Of a stretch of 64,000 nucleotides of DNA, positions 10,182 through 20,134 are shown in pieces. The notes under the pieces are model-generated. The model saw nothing but the letters and a program-made list of their open reading frames with translations, had not been told where the DNA came from and did not search any database. The stretch covers positions 17,417 to 81,416 of the IMG/VR virus record IMGVR_UViG_3300021378_000014. One strand, given 5' to 3'. The DNA comes from a virus. Within the stretch, counting starts at the first letter, position 1; every line of letters begins with the position of its first letter. Position numbers and translations under genes: made by a program.

Positions 10182-11057
10182 CTACAATTCAGTGTCAAAG
10201 TCGAAATCGGTATCTACAACAGGTGCAACTACAGGCTCAGGTGTAGGTGCGACTACAGGCTCAAGCGTGACTACAGGTGCAGGAGATTCATCACCTGAAA
10301 CTTCTACGTCATCGCTATCACCACCTTTTACGCTTTTTTCCTTAAAGTGGCTATACTTTAACACAAAGAAAGGATTTTCAAGAGCTTCTGCAGTTTCTTC
10401 AACACCAACCCAAACACCAGGCTCACCACTACGGCTAAGCATAGCTACACTTTTAATTTCTGGATTTGCTTTGTTTTCGTCGGTTAACAAAACAATTTCA
10501 CCAGAATTAAGTTCAGCAAGACCGTAAGCTTTAATGGTATCATAAAACTGACTTCCATCAGTAGTACCATTAAGTAATTGCCAAGGATTACGTGAACTGA
10601 ACTGGTAACCACTACCAGTTTTACGAACAAGAGCGCCGTTATTGCCATTATCAGCAAGACCGCGAGCTTCAAGTTCCATACCAATCCACAGTGCTTTTTC
10701 TTCTTCGTAAGCAGCAAGTTCTGCACTACCGGTAGCAAAAGATTGAGGATTAGCCATTTCAAATTCCATAGCAAGAATTTCACTATTAGACAGTTCACCG
10801 ACACCTACAGCGTAAGACATTCCAGTAATTTCTACAGTTACAGGAACACCGGTTACTTGTGGTACTTCTACCACGATCAGGCGTGAACCACTACCAGCTC
10901 CAAGTGCTTTCATCATCCAAGCATTAGCAGAACAGTTACCTTTAGTACTGGTCGTATAAAATTGCGGGAGGATCGTTGCGTCACTACCACCACGGGTATT
11001 TGTAACAGCATCAGAAGCGGCATTAATTTTGTTAAGAAAATCAAGGTTGAAAGACAT
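10182..11057 (-). CDS. hypothetical protein with acidic P/V-repeat tail
   Basis: 291 aa with PVVAP repeats and a DTDFDFDTEL end; flanked by a candidate promoter and a terminator. Confidence 0.75.
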   Translation of the reverse strand: MSFNLDFLNKINAASDAVTNTRGGSDATILPQFYTTSTKGNCSANAWMMKALGAGSGSRLIVVEVPQVTGVPVTVEITGMSYAVGVGELSNSEILAMEFEMANPQSFATGSAELAAYEEEKALWIGMELEARGLADNGNNGALVRKTGSGYQFSSRNPWQLLNGTTDGSQFYDTIKAYGLAELNSGEIVLLTDENKANPEIKSVAMLSRSGEPGVWVGVEETAEALENPFFVLKYSHFKEKSVKGGDSDDVEVSGDESPAPVVTLEPVVAPTPEPVVAPVVDTDFDFDTEL

Positions 11058-11161
11058 AGTTTAATAATTAACTAGTTAAAAAAATTGGTTGTTTTCAATG
11101 ATGTAAAGATACGTCATTGATTTAATAATAAGAAATATTCTTTAAGATTTGACTACTTAAA

Positions 11162-11944
11162 TTAATCTACATTCAAATAGTCTACATCTTCTGTTTTATA
11201 TTCAATGTTAGCTGCATCCATTAGTTCAGTTTTTTCATAAACTCCGAGTAATAAATCATCAGCTATTCTACGTGCGCCTTGTGTATAAGCTCTCCAATAA
11301 ATCATAACTTTTGGACGTTTCTTCCAGTTATCTTTACCAGTAAGATCAGCCATTGCAGCATCACTCCACTTATAAATACCATACTCTATACGTTCATACC
11401 ACTCACCGTTAGGTAATTGCATCCAACGTATAAATTTAATTTTAGTTTCATAATCAATTACTTGACTACGTAGTACAGGTATTCCAGTTTTAGATTCATC
11501 GTTAGCTGCATCGGCAACTTGTTTCATAGTAAAGCAAATATAAAATCTATCAGGATAAGCATCTATATCTTCTTGACTATATACTGTATCTTTAAACTGA
11601 TATTGATAAACAGGTCTATAATCATAAACTAGTTCATCTATAATACTAGCCCTTTGAATCATCGCTTTGATAAGATGAGCATCAGCTCCTACTTTACCTT
11701 GTATATTAGTAAGGTGAGCAATACAATCCATAATTGGAAAATTATGATCTTTTGCCCATAACATACTAGCCATAATACCTTGTTTAGTAGTATGATTACC
11801 AAAGCCAGCTTTAAGTAATTCTTGTGCATATTCACTAAACAGCGCAATATTATCAAAATCTTTAAATTCGTTGTATTTAGCTACGCCATATGTAACAGGA
11901 ACTTTAGCTACAGCTGTTACGCTTTTTTCTACTTCTTCACTCAT
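11162..11944 (-). CDS. RecT/Red-beta-like single-strand annealing protein
   Basis: IQGKVGADAHLIKAMI and KDNWKKRPKVMIYWRAYTQGARRIADDLLLGVY pattern. Start placed at MSEEVEK, giving an ATGA overlap with the helicase stop. Confidence 0.65.
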   Translation of the reverse strand: MSEEVEKSVTAVAKVPVTYGVAKYNEFKDFDNIALFSEYAQELLKAGFGNHTTKQGIMASMLWAKDHNFPIMDCIAHLTNIQGKVGADAHLIKAMIQRASIIDELVYDYRPVYQYQFKDTVYSQEDIDAYPDRFYICFTMKQVADAANDESKTGIPVLRSQVIDYETKIKFIRWMQLPNGEWYERIEYGIYKWSDAAMADLTGKDNWKKRPKVMIYWRAYTQGARRIADDLLLGVYEKTELMDAANIEYKTEDVDYLNVD

Positions 11945-13086
11945 AGCTTGTATTTTTTGTTGTTTAGAGTATGTCCAATACTCCAATTATGAAATTTACC
12001 TTTGTTATATTCTGGATAAGCTGGTAATAAATGACCATTAGCTAAATCATTATATAACCACAATTGACCATCATTATCATATCTTGATTTTATAAGGCCA
12101 AGATGTATAATATTTTGTGTTGTAACTTCACGCGGTCCATATTGCGGTATACCAAGTTTAGATGGCATAAGCATAGTAAAAACAAAATCACTAGCTTGAA
12201 ACAGTTGTCCACCACAATAAATATCACTTTTTAATGGATAATGAAGTCCAGGTTTACTTCTACGTCTATCATCTTCAATTTCATTATTGAATTGATTTAG
12301 TGGAATTACCATTGCTCCAAACACTTCGCGAAGAGAAATAAACATCTTACTTAAATTATTAATAAGTTCAGTATCTGATTTTTCTTTATCTTTAGCTACA
12401 AGTAATGTATGGTCTAATGTTACAATCAACTCTGTTGGTTCAGGATTATTACGTACATATTTATTATACGCAACTTCTACAGTTTTAAATATATCCATAA
12501 CTGTACCAGCGTGATTGAAAAACAATACATTTTTAGTACGCTGTAAATAATTTAAAATAGTAGTGGTAAACCTATGTTCTTCGCTGGTTAATACATTATA
12601 TTCATACACACCGTTACTTATCTTTTTAGCAAAAGAACTGTGCAAGTAGCTGTAATTCATACCAGCATAATCACAAACACTACGCGCTATTTCTTTACCA
12701 GGATTCATTTCAAAACCAAAATGAAGCATACATACTTTAAACGTAGCATCTTTATTTATAGCCGGAAATATGAGTTCTTTCCCAGTAAAAGAAATAGAAG
12801 CTTTAGTTTCAATATGTTTAATAAGTTCTTCATCATTAGTCTCAAAAGGAAGAATTATTTCTTCTGTACTTCTAAAATCATCACGAAGATTATTCAATAA
12901 GAAACTTTTTGCACTGCCACTTGCTCCCGCAATAGTATATATGCTAGCGAACCGCATATATTTCATCATTGCTTTGTTAAGCGGTGTAAATCTAGTAATT
13001 AAACCATTTTGATCACCACTTAACTCCCTAGTTATTTCTCGATTTGCTGTTTTAACAGCACTTGTATATGTAGTGGGAGTTAGCAT
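11941..13086 (-). CDS. DnaB-like replicative helicase (RecA-fold domain only)
   Basis: Walker A GASGSAKS, FGFEM, VTLDHTLL, PLNQFN, SDIY..GQLFQASD, KSR. Confidence 0.8.
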   Translation of the reverse strand: MLTPTTYTSAVKTANREITRELSGDQNGLITRFTPLNKAMMKYMRFASIYTIAGASGSAKSFLLNNLRDDFRSTEEIILPFETNDEELIKHIETKASISFTGKELIFPAINKDATFKVCMLHFGFEMNPGKEIARSVCDYAGMNYSYLHSSFAKKISNGVYEYNVLTSEEHRFTTTILNYLQRTKNVLFFNHAGTVMDIFKTVEVAYNKYVRNNPEPTELIVTLDHTLLVAKDKEKSDTELINNLSKMFISLREVFGAMVIPLNQFNNEIEDDRRRSKPGLHYPLKSDIYCGGQLFQASDFVFTMLMPSKLGIPQYGPREVTTQNIIHLGLIKSRYDNDGQLWLYNDLANGHLLPAYPEYNKGKFHNWSIGHTLNNKKYKL

Positions 13087-13089
13087 AGA

Positions 13090-13668
13090 TTAAAAATCTT
13101 GATCATGAACAATATATGTACCTGTTTGATTGTTTTCTAACCTACGTTGTCTAATATCCCACCAACCTTCAGATCGTACAAAGTTTTCAATGTTAACTTT
13201 AATAAGATCATGTCTTTTACCAAAATCAAGGTCTAGTAATATACGATCATGTTCAGCTTTACTGTAATTAATTCGTTGTGCGTAAAGATTACGTACAACT
13301 TCTCTATCACTATTTTTTAACGGGGCGTTACCTCCGTTAATTATAGTAAATCCAGGATAAGCAGCAATAAACTCTTGTCCTGCAATATACGTAGTTATAA
13401 AACTACTTGTAAATTTATCAGTCACTTCGTATCCTAGTTGACCCCCTAATCGAAGCCAACCGTGTTCTATAAGCATCACTTTATCTACTTCAGTAGTTAG
13501 TGATTTTTTATCTCCTATGGTTATACCATGTACTTCAATAAATTGCTTCATTAAAGCAAAGTTTGCTCTATCTTCTTTAGTAATGTAAAGAAAATAAAGC
13601 AAACTAAATTGTCGTTCATTTATCCTATTATTAATAAGATAAGTAGTGTATTCTTTAAAATCTATCAT
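13090..13668 (-). CDS. putative replication initiator/helicase loader-like protein
   Basis: Lies between the two helicases; HTH-like N-half followed by EFIAAYP. Confidence 0.45.
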   Translation of the reverse strand: MIDFKEYTTYLINNRINERQFSLLYFLYITKEDRANFALMKQFIEVHGITIGDKKSLTTEVDKVMLIEHGWLRLGGQLGYEVTDKFTSSFITTYIAGQEFIAAYPGFTIINGGNAPLKNSDREVVRNLYAQRINYSKAEHDRILLDLDFGKRHDLIKVNIENFVRSEGWWDIRQRRLENNQTGTYIVHDQDF

Positions 13669-15176
13669 AGTGACAATTTTGTGAAATCTAAATCAGAACT
13701 ACGCCCAGATCCAATTTCTTGTACAGTATTAATCCAATAAATAGTTTCTCCGCTAGATTGTACATTTTGTAATGTACGTTCTTCTTTGCTATTTCTAACG
13801 TACATACATATTATTAAAGCTTTTTTATTTTCTTCTAAAGGATTAATACGAATAGCTCTACCAAGTCGTTGAATAAACTGACTAGGATTAGACGTAAGAG
13901 ATGTAATTATAGCTAAATTAAGTCCAGGCATATTACTACCTTTGTCGAGTGCTGATGCGCTCATGATTACTCTAGCAACACCAGTTAATACAGCTTTAAG
14001 TATTAAGGTTTTTAGTACTTTAGTACCAAATAATTTAACTTCACCGTATTTTTGACTACTTTTAGTAGTATATGTAATATAAGGCCCACTACCAAATAAC
14101 GTAGGACTACCGGCTTCATCTTGACGAAGAGGTCGACTTTCTAAATTACTATGATAAGCTACAGAAACAATACCTTCGTTATTTAATTTAGCTGTTACGT
14201 TATCTGCAAAATCAGTCGATTGACCAAATCCAATAATTCTTGCTTTAGGTATAGCTTTGGCAATATCAATAAATAAATTTATTTTATTACTAGCTTGCCA
14301 TAAAATCTTATTTCTAATTTTAATATAACGAAATAATTCTTTGGCATAACCCATTACAAGATTAGGTGTCCATTGACTTAATACTTTTAATGCATACTCT
14401 TGAGTAGCTTTATTTGCTGGTATAGTACCATCTGCAATTTGAGCTAAATCCGGTCGCCATCCTAAATGACTAGCCCACATAATAGAACATTCATAAGCAC
14501 TATGATCATTACCTTTATCGTCTTTATGTCCAGATAAACATCTAGCAGCAAATTCAAAGTTATTATTAAATTTGCTTAGAGCTTTATCAATTACATCGCT
14601 AGCATGACTATACGCCTGTTCTTCTTCTTCAGTTAAATCAACTCCAAGATTATATATCTCGTAGTTACTAATCCAACCTTTTTCAATAGCCTCTTCTGTT
14701 GTTATTACATCAACAGTTGGATAAAGTTTTACAAATTCAGTATCTCGTTTTTGTTTATCAGCTGGTGTGGCACTAAGCCATAACAACCAATTAAACTTAA
14801 TCCAAGTGCCATTCCAAATATTACTTCTTCCAGCAGCAAAATATTCATCTACTTCATCAAGAATAAGAAGATCACAACTATATTGTAATCCTTTAGCTTG
14901 AAATGCTTGTACAGTATCTACATAAATTCTCCCTCGAAATTCGGGGATAAGTTTATCAATTTCATTACGCCATTGTGTACGTAAATTATCAAATGGTACA
15001 ACTACAATAACTCGAGTATTTGGTTTTTTAAGCAACATTTTACGAGCAGCTACAAATAGCGCTGTAAAAGTTTTCCCAAATCCTGTAGGACATTGAATAC
15101 CGCCTTTACCTTTATGCCATATCCATTTAGTAATTGTTTCCTCTTGCCGAAATAACTTACTTTCATCTATCTTCAT
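13665..15176 (-). CDS. superfamily 2 helicase
   Basis: PTGFGKT, ILDEVDE, LSATP, LDKGSNMP, QRLGRAIR. Confidence 0.9.
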   Translation of the reverse strand: MKIDESKLFRQEETITKWIWHKGKGGIQCPTGFGKTFTALFVAARKMLLKKPNTRVIVVVPFDNLRTQWRNEIDKLIPEFRGRIYVDTVQAFQAKGLQYSCDLLILDEVDEYFAAGRSNIWNGTWIKFNWLLWLSATPADKQKRDTEFVKLYPTVDVITTEEAIEKGWISNYEIYNLGVDLTEEEEQAYSHASDVIDKALSKFNNNFEFAARCLSGHKDDKGNDHSAYECSIMWASHLGWRPDLAQIADGTIPANKATQEYALKVLSQWTPNLVMGYAKELFRYIKIRNKILWQASNKINLFIDIAKAIPKARIIGFGQSTDFADNVTAKLNNEGIVSVAYHSNLESRPLRQDEAGSPTLFGSGPYITYTTKSSQKYGEVKLFGTKVLKTLILKAVLTGVARVIMSASALDKGSNMPGLNLAIITSLTSNPSQFIQRLGRAIRINPLEENKKALIICMYVRNSKEERTLQNVQSSGETIYWINTVQEIGSGRSSDLDFTKLSL

Positions 15177-15499
15177 AAGTCATAAACTTTAGCGTAATGG
15201 GCAAAATCTTTAACTGGTAAAAACATAGCAATAACATCACGTGGATTATTACAAACTTTTAAATCAGTTATAAGATTACTAACAGTAATTTGTACTTCTT
15301 CTTTAGTAAGGTTATTATAATCTTCGATAAAAATACAAGCATTATGTTTATAATATTGTAAACATATGTGAAAAGTATAATAATCACCGTAACGTTTATT
15401 ATTCCATATACTATACGTAATGGATGTAGTAATATTACTATTATCAAAAATACGATTTAACTCTTTTTGTAACAGTTTTTGTTGCGTTAAACTTAACAT
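15173..15499 (-). CDS. hypothetical protein
   Basis: 108 aa ORF between polA and the helicase. Confidence 0.6.
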   Translation of the reverse strand: MLSLTQQKLLQKELNRIFDNSNITTSITYSIWNNKRYGDYYTFHICLQYYKHNACIFIEDYNNLTKEEVQITVSNLITDLKVCNNPRDVIAMFLPVKDFAHYAKVYDL

Positions 15500-15505
15500 C
15501 AGTTT

Positions 15506-17950
15506 TTATTTTGTCCATGTATCTAATACTTCATAATCACATCCCATCTTATAATGTTTAAGATAACGATTAGCAGCATTAGTCATAGTATTTTTAACAA
15601 ATTCAGGATAATTACATTTAATAACATCACCTGTTTCCAGATATTTATCTAAATCTTTGTGTTTAGATATATCTACTGTTTGCAGTACACTTTTATTTGG
15701 TTGTAATTGTTTTTTTACAGTATCATTACACCAATATAAAGTAGGTTTAATTAACGGTTTCTCAAAACGAGAAACTAATTCATCATGTACCATTCCAGGT
15801 ACAGTAGCTTTAATTTGTAAACGTTTAAGTGCATAACTAAGCTCTACTATGCTTTCTTTCATCATATCAGCTTGAGTTCCTTGAAACGGAGCATTAGCAG
15901 CTGCACCACTAACTTCAGAAAGTAATCTCCAACTAGGCTCTTCGTTATTTTTATAACAACGAATAAGCTCTGGAAACCAAATACGACTATTAGTTCTAGT
16001 ATTTAGAACTAAATAACCTTGATTAATTGCTTTTCCTATGTTAGAATCTACAAAAGCAAATGTAGCGGGAATTGCATTTTTAATTGATTGGATGCCAACA
16101 GCACCCTCATCTTTTGATATATTAAGCGTTTGACCAGCTTTATCCGCTTTCATTTGATAAATAGTACCAAATGTCATTGGTTTAAAAGCAGTACGTAAAT
16201 CTTTATTTACGCTTTTATTAATTTCAAACGTTTGAGCATTACGCCAATCTGCTTTAATATCAGTATTTTTTAAACTAAAAGTATCAAGAAGAGCTTTAGC
16301 GTAAGTACTATGTTGTAATTTAAAAAACATAGTAGGATTAGTCCAAATACCGCATTTATAACCAGCGCGATACCAAAATATATCTCTCCATGTAGCTTGC
16401 GCTATTGGACTATGCGCATCATCATTAATAACAGCCCATTCATACAGTTGTTTATCGTGAGCAAAGTCACATACTATTGTAACTTCTGCCCCTGATAGAT
16501 CCGCTGTAAGTACAAATTCATCAGCACTACCGCGAAAACAATTTCTAATACGTTTTTCTCGTGGTATATTTTGTATATTAATTTTATCTGGAAGCATTGT
16601 ACCACCACCAGATTGATAACGTCCTGTTTTAGCAGTATCTGTTCGATATTGTGTATGTATTAAACCTGTAACTTCACTTATTTTAGCCATAAAACCAGCA
16701 CCGTAAGTTTGAAGTTGTTTAGTTACTTTACGATGTTTAATAAGAATACGCAATAAACTGTTACCTTTAGAGTGTGGTAATTCTATTGCCATTGCTTCAA
16801 GAGCACCCTCTTTAGTAGTATATTTACGAGCTTTATCGTCAATACACCATTTTGCTCCACCTTTGAGTGATTTTTTGTAAAATGTAGGTACGTGATATGG
16901 TACTCTACGATCATCAGTCGGTAGTTCAAATTTAAGTCTACCAAATAAATACTTTACTTCATCACTACTACCCCAATTAATAACATTGGTAGATTTAACA
17001 TTCTTATTACTGGGAGAGATGTCATCAAACAGACTATTCTGCGTAAAAGTATAATTACTACGATTATTATCGTATTTTTTTCCTTTTATATATATAGCTT
17101 CATCTTTAGATAAAATAGTATCTCTAAGTCTACGAAACTCTGTATCTAAGTCAATTTCTAATTGAAATTGCTTAGTTTTATTTTCTTCTATCATTGTAAG
17201 CCACTGCTCACAATCAAGATAAAAACCACTAAGTTCCATATCACCAACAGCCCAAGGTTGTTGTCTACCAATTTCATCAATATAAAACTCTAAATTATAC
17301 TTTGCAATGTCATATTTCTGTTGATCATAAATAGCTATTAGCCATTCAATATCTTCAGCTAAATAATTAAGATGTTGAAGTTCAATTGTATATCTATTTT
17401 TAGGTATACCGATAAATTGATCTCTTACATCTTTATCTAGTTCAATTGAATATTTCTTAAATCTACGTTTAAGTAATGCAGCAAGACTAAAACTAAATCC
17501 CATTTGATTACTAACTGATTTACCACAACCTTGCCATATTTTTTGATCAGCGATCATAGTACAATACCAGTTATCAATTATAACATTACAATTATAATTA
17601 AGAATAGTATAATCGTATTTAGCATTATGAGCTACATATTTGATAGTTGGTAAAATAAAAGATTCAATATTGTAAATAGATACAACATCTAATATATAAA
17701 CAATATTTTTATTACCAATACCAAGTAATAATACATCGTTCATTAACGGATCAAGTCCATTGCATTCAGTATCTAATCCTGCAATAGTATTATTTTGATA
17801 CCAATCAAGTATTTCTTTACGTCCAGTATCTTCAGTTACTACTTCTATATTATTTACACTATTAAAGTGCTTATAGCTAGAATTATTAGTTACTAAAATT
17901 ATCTGCTGCCCGGCTTGAACGTCCGAGAAAAGCGGGTCTAAATCGTTCAT
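15506..17950 (-). CDS. polA: family A DNA polymerase with 3'-5' exonuclease
   Basis: Exo motifs LDTECNGL, HNAKYD, YLAED; TGRYQS, NIQNIP, motif A ADLSGAE, motif B RTAFKPMTFGTIY, FQGTQADMMK, motif C VHDEL. Start placed at MNDLD. Confidence 0.93.
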   Translation of the reverse strand: MNDLDPLFSDVQAGQQIILVTNNSSYKHFNSVNNIEVVTEDTGRKEILDWYQNNTIAGLDTECNGLDPLMNDVLLLGIGNKNIVYILDVVSIYNIESFILPTIKYVAHNAKYDYTILNYNCNVIIDNWYCTMIADQKIWQGCGKSVSNQMGFSFSLAALLKRRFKKYSIELDKDVRDQFIGIPKNRYTIELQHLNYLAEDIEWLIAIYDQQKYDIAKYNLEFYIDEIGRQQPWAVGDMELSGFYLDCEQWLTMIEENKTKQFQLEIDLDTEFRRLRDTILSKDEAIYIKGKKYDNNRSNYTFTQNSLFDDISPSNKNVKSTNVINWGSSDEVKYLFGRLKFELPTDDRRVPYHVPTFYKKSLKGGAKWCIDDKARKYTTKEGALEAMAIELPHSKGNSLLRILIKHRKVTKQLQTYGAGFMAKISEVTGLIHTQYRTDTAKTGRYQSGGGTMLPDKINIQNIPREKRIRNCFRGSADEFVLTADLSGAEVTIVCDFAHDKQLYEWAVINDDAHSPIAQATWRDIFWYRAGYKCGIWTNPTMFFKLQHSTYAKALLDTFSLKNTDIKADWRNAQTFEINKSVNKDLRTAFKPMTFGTIYQMKADKAGQTLNISKDEGAVGIQSIKNAIPATFAFVDSNIGKAINQGYLVLNTRTNSRIWFPELIRCYKNNEEPSWRLLSEVSGAAANAPFQGTQADMMKESIVELSYALKRLQIKATVPGMVHDELVSRFEKPLIKPTLYWCNDTVKKQLQPNKSVLQTVDISKHKDLDKYLETGDVIKCNYPEFVKNTMTNAANRYLKHYKMGCDYEVLDTWTK

Positions 17951-17978
17951 AGCTTGTTTTGAGTTGTTGTATTGAAAT

Positions 17979-18014
17979 AAAAAGGGGTTACTAGTAGTAT
18001 ATACCAGCAACCCC
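17979..18014 (-). terminator. intrinsic terminator upstream of polA
   Basis: GGGGTTGCTGGTA...TACTAGTAACCCC-TTTTT on the minus strand. Confidence 0.65.
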
Positions 18015-18030
18015 ATAAAAGCCATTAAAA

Positions 18031-18435
18031 CTAAAAATTTACAGTAATTCGCCGCATGAACTCGGCAGCAATATCAGCTTTACTAACAAAACCATAAAAG
18101 AATATAGTATTGTTAGCGTGATCTACTCTTATCTTACCTATAATACCATCTTCTAGTTTAATACTAGCTATAATCATAGCCATTTCGGTAGATGGAAAAT
18201 CAAGAGAACTTACTTGAATGTAATTTACTGATTCAATAGCAGTATAAAAACAAATTTGCTTGTTGTTACTTATAATAGAGACATCACAATTACGTGATAG
18301 ATCAATTATAAGATATGTATTACTTGTTGTACTATTCCCCAGAATTATTGTCGGCTCTTTCGCCATTAACTGCGAGAATAAGGTCTGACTCAAGAACAAT
18401 AGAATTGCTATCGTCATTAACTTTAAGTTTTGCAT
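18031..18435 (-). CDS. putative exported hypothetical protein
   Basis: Signal-peptide-like LMTIAILLFLSQTLFSQ; overlaps the upstream ORF by about 100 nt. Confidence 0.5.
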   Translation of the reverse strand: MQNLKLMTIAILLFLSQTLFSQLMAKEPTIILGNSTTSNTYLIIDLSRNCDVSIISNNKQICFYTAIESVNYIQVSSLDFPSTEMAMIIASIKLEDGIIGKIRVDHANNTIFFYGFVSKADIAAEFMRRITVNF

Positions 18436-18925
18436 TGCTTTTATTTTTACGTTGTTTTTCAATAAAATAGTGTGTCCCACTATTAATGCGACTAGCAGTT
18501 AAAGCTTTAAGTTCAGCTTTAAGTTGTGTACTTTTATTAGGATCTTCGTTAGTTTTAAGTACGGTTTCTGCTGCAGCAATTAACGCTTGATGTTCTGTGT
18601 TTGTAGTATATCTTTTTTGTAAACTAAGTAATGCATCCATACCTTTTGGTACGACATACATACTTGTAACTCCATTACCATAAGTAGCAATAACTACATG
18701 ACTAGGAAGATCATTCCAATCAGTAATTCCGAGGTCAGCAGCTAATCTCATAGCTGCTGAAGTTTTCTTATATTGATTAAGAAAGGATTTCATTGTACCT
18801 TTACTTACATAAACAGCTGCTTCCATTTTTACAAGTAAATCACATTCTGTTTTGTATCGACGTACAACTACACCGGCCATAGGGCCAGTAGTAATACGAA
18901 TACACTTTTTCTTTTCAATTACCAT
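18332..18925 (-). CDS. hypothetical protein
   Basis: Start placed at MVIEKKK; AT-ending codons like the rest of the arm. Confidence 0.6.
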   Translation of the reverse strand: MVIEKKKCIRITTGPMAGVVVRRYKTECDLLVKMEAAVYVSKGTMKSFLNQYKKTSAAMRLAADLGITDWNDLPSHVVIATYGNGVTSMYVVPKGMDALLSLQKRYTTNTEHQALIAAAETVLKTNEDPNKSTQLKAELKALTASRINSGTHYFIEKQRKNKSNAKLKVNDDSNSIVLESDLILAVNGERADNNSGE

Positions 18926-18950
18926 TGTTTGTTTAATTGTGTAAATATGA

Positions 18951-19271
18951 TTAAATAATTTGATCAAGTCCATTAACAATAAACTCAAGTTTAGAGTTTA
19001 GTGTATTTAATGCGTCAGCAATATCTGATAATTTATGAATAGCACTATTACCAGGTAGCGGTTTTAGGGGTTTATCTGCTAACGCCATAGTTTCTCTAAA
19101 TATTTCAGACACATCTCCAAGATGATTTGTAATATCATCTACAATTTCTGACGTTGTATTGATTTTATCAGAAATAATAGTAATAAATCCTGTTAAATTA
19201 ATCGGTTCACAATTTACAAGAATATCATGATCTGTTTGTAGTTGTGGTTGTGATTCTGCTTTATTTTTCAT
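18951..19271 (-). CDS. hypothetical helical protein
   Basis: 106 aa ORF in the operon. Confidence 0.6.
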   Translation of the reverse strand: MKNKAESQPQLQTDHDILVNCEPINLTGFITIISDKINTTSEIVDDITNHLGDVSEIFRETMALADKPLKPLPGNSAIHKLSDIADALNTLNSKLEFIVNGLDQII

Positions 19272-19277
19272 TGTATC

Positions 19278-19790
19278 TTAATATGCATATTCATGTCTAC
19301 CACTACGATTAGTTTGGTATTTACTACGAATATAAGTTATAAATTTATGATTAGTTGCAATAGCTGGATTATAAAACCAGTATGTACTGGTTGGGAACGT
19401 ATGTGACTTCTTTCCCAGTAATAGAGAAGTGGCTAGAGTTAGCACCTCATTACTTATTACTTTATTATAATTAGTAGTTCTATAACCATTAAATTGGCTA
19501 CGTTGAGTTACTACTCCATGTACAGTGTTAGGCCATTTGTTAGAACGCATACGGTTAAGTACCGTCTCCATTACTAACGTCATACCTAGCATACCTTCAC
19601 CGATAGCTTCGCCTTGAGCTATTCTGGCGAGTATTTTGATTTCAGCTTCTGTTTGTACAGAAAGCGCAGTAACGAATATAGTTACACTTGTGTAACTATA
19701 GATTTCATCAACTGCAGGTTCATTACTAACACTAGAAGCTAAAATAGCTACTAAAATTAGTAATGCAAAGATAATATTTGCATTTCTCAT
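19278..19790 (-). CDS. SleB-like cell wall hydrolase (Hydrolase_2) with signal peptide
   Basis: LARIAQGEAIGE...VLNRM...WPNTVHGVVTQRSQF...WFYNP...GRHEY; hydrophobic N-terminus. Confidence 0.88.
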   Translation of the reverse strand: MRNANIIFALLILVAILASSVSNEPAVDEIYSYTSVTIFVTALSVQTEAEIKILARIAQGEAIGEGMLGMTLVMETVLNRMRSNKWPNTVHGVVTQRSQFNGYRTTNYNKVISNEVLTLATSLLLGKKSHTFPTSTYWFYNPAIATNHKFITYIRSKYQTNRSGRHEYAY

Positions 19791-19795
19791 TTTAA

Positions 19796-20134
19796 TTAAT
19801 TAAGTTCATATGTTGAGATATACACACGTTGCATATCTTTTTTTCTTTCGTCAGATAGTACAGTAAAATACCAATGATGAAGAGTGGGAGGGTTCCCAAA
19901 CATGGCTGTAACCATGCTAGTTTCTTCATCATCGGTATTAGCAAATAGAGGATTATAGTTATTTATATAAGAAACGTAATCTTCCAAATCCTCCGGTTCT
20001 AGTATTACACGAGTTTCTAAATAGTATAAACCATTTGGAAATCTAATGTAAGGTTTAGCTATTACTTGATCGTATTGCCAATTAGTAATAACTAATTTAT
20101 TCTTAGACATAGATAATACTTTTCTCTTTAGCAC
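19796..20134 (-). CDS. hypothetical protein
   Basis: About 104-112 aa ORF in the operon. Confidence 0.6.
   Translation of the reverse strand: MLKRKVLSMSKNKLVITNWQYDQVIAKPYIRFPNGLYYLETRVILEPEDLEDYVSYINNYNPLFANTDDEETSMVTAMFGNPPTLHHWYFTVLSDERKKDMQRVYISTYELN

Noticed and set aside
10215-10285. Imperfect tandem ACTACAGG repeats
   Set aside because: Explained by the PVVAP/EPVV low-complexity protein linker.
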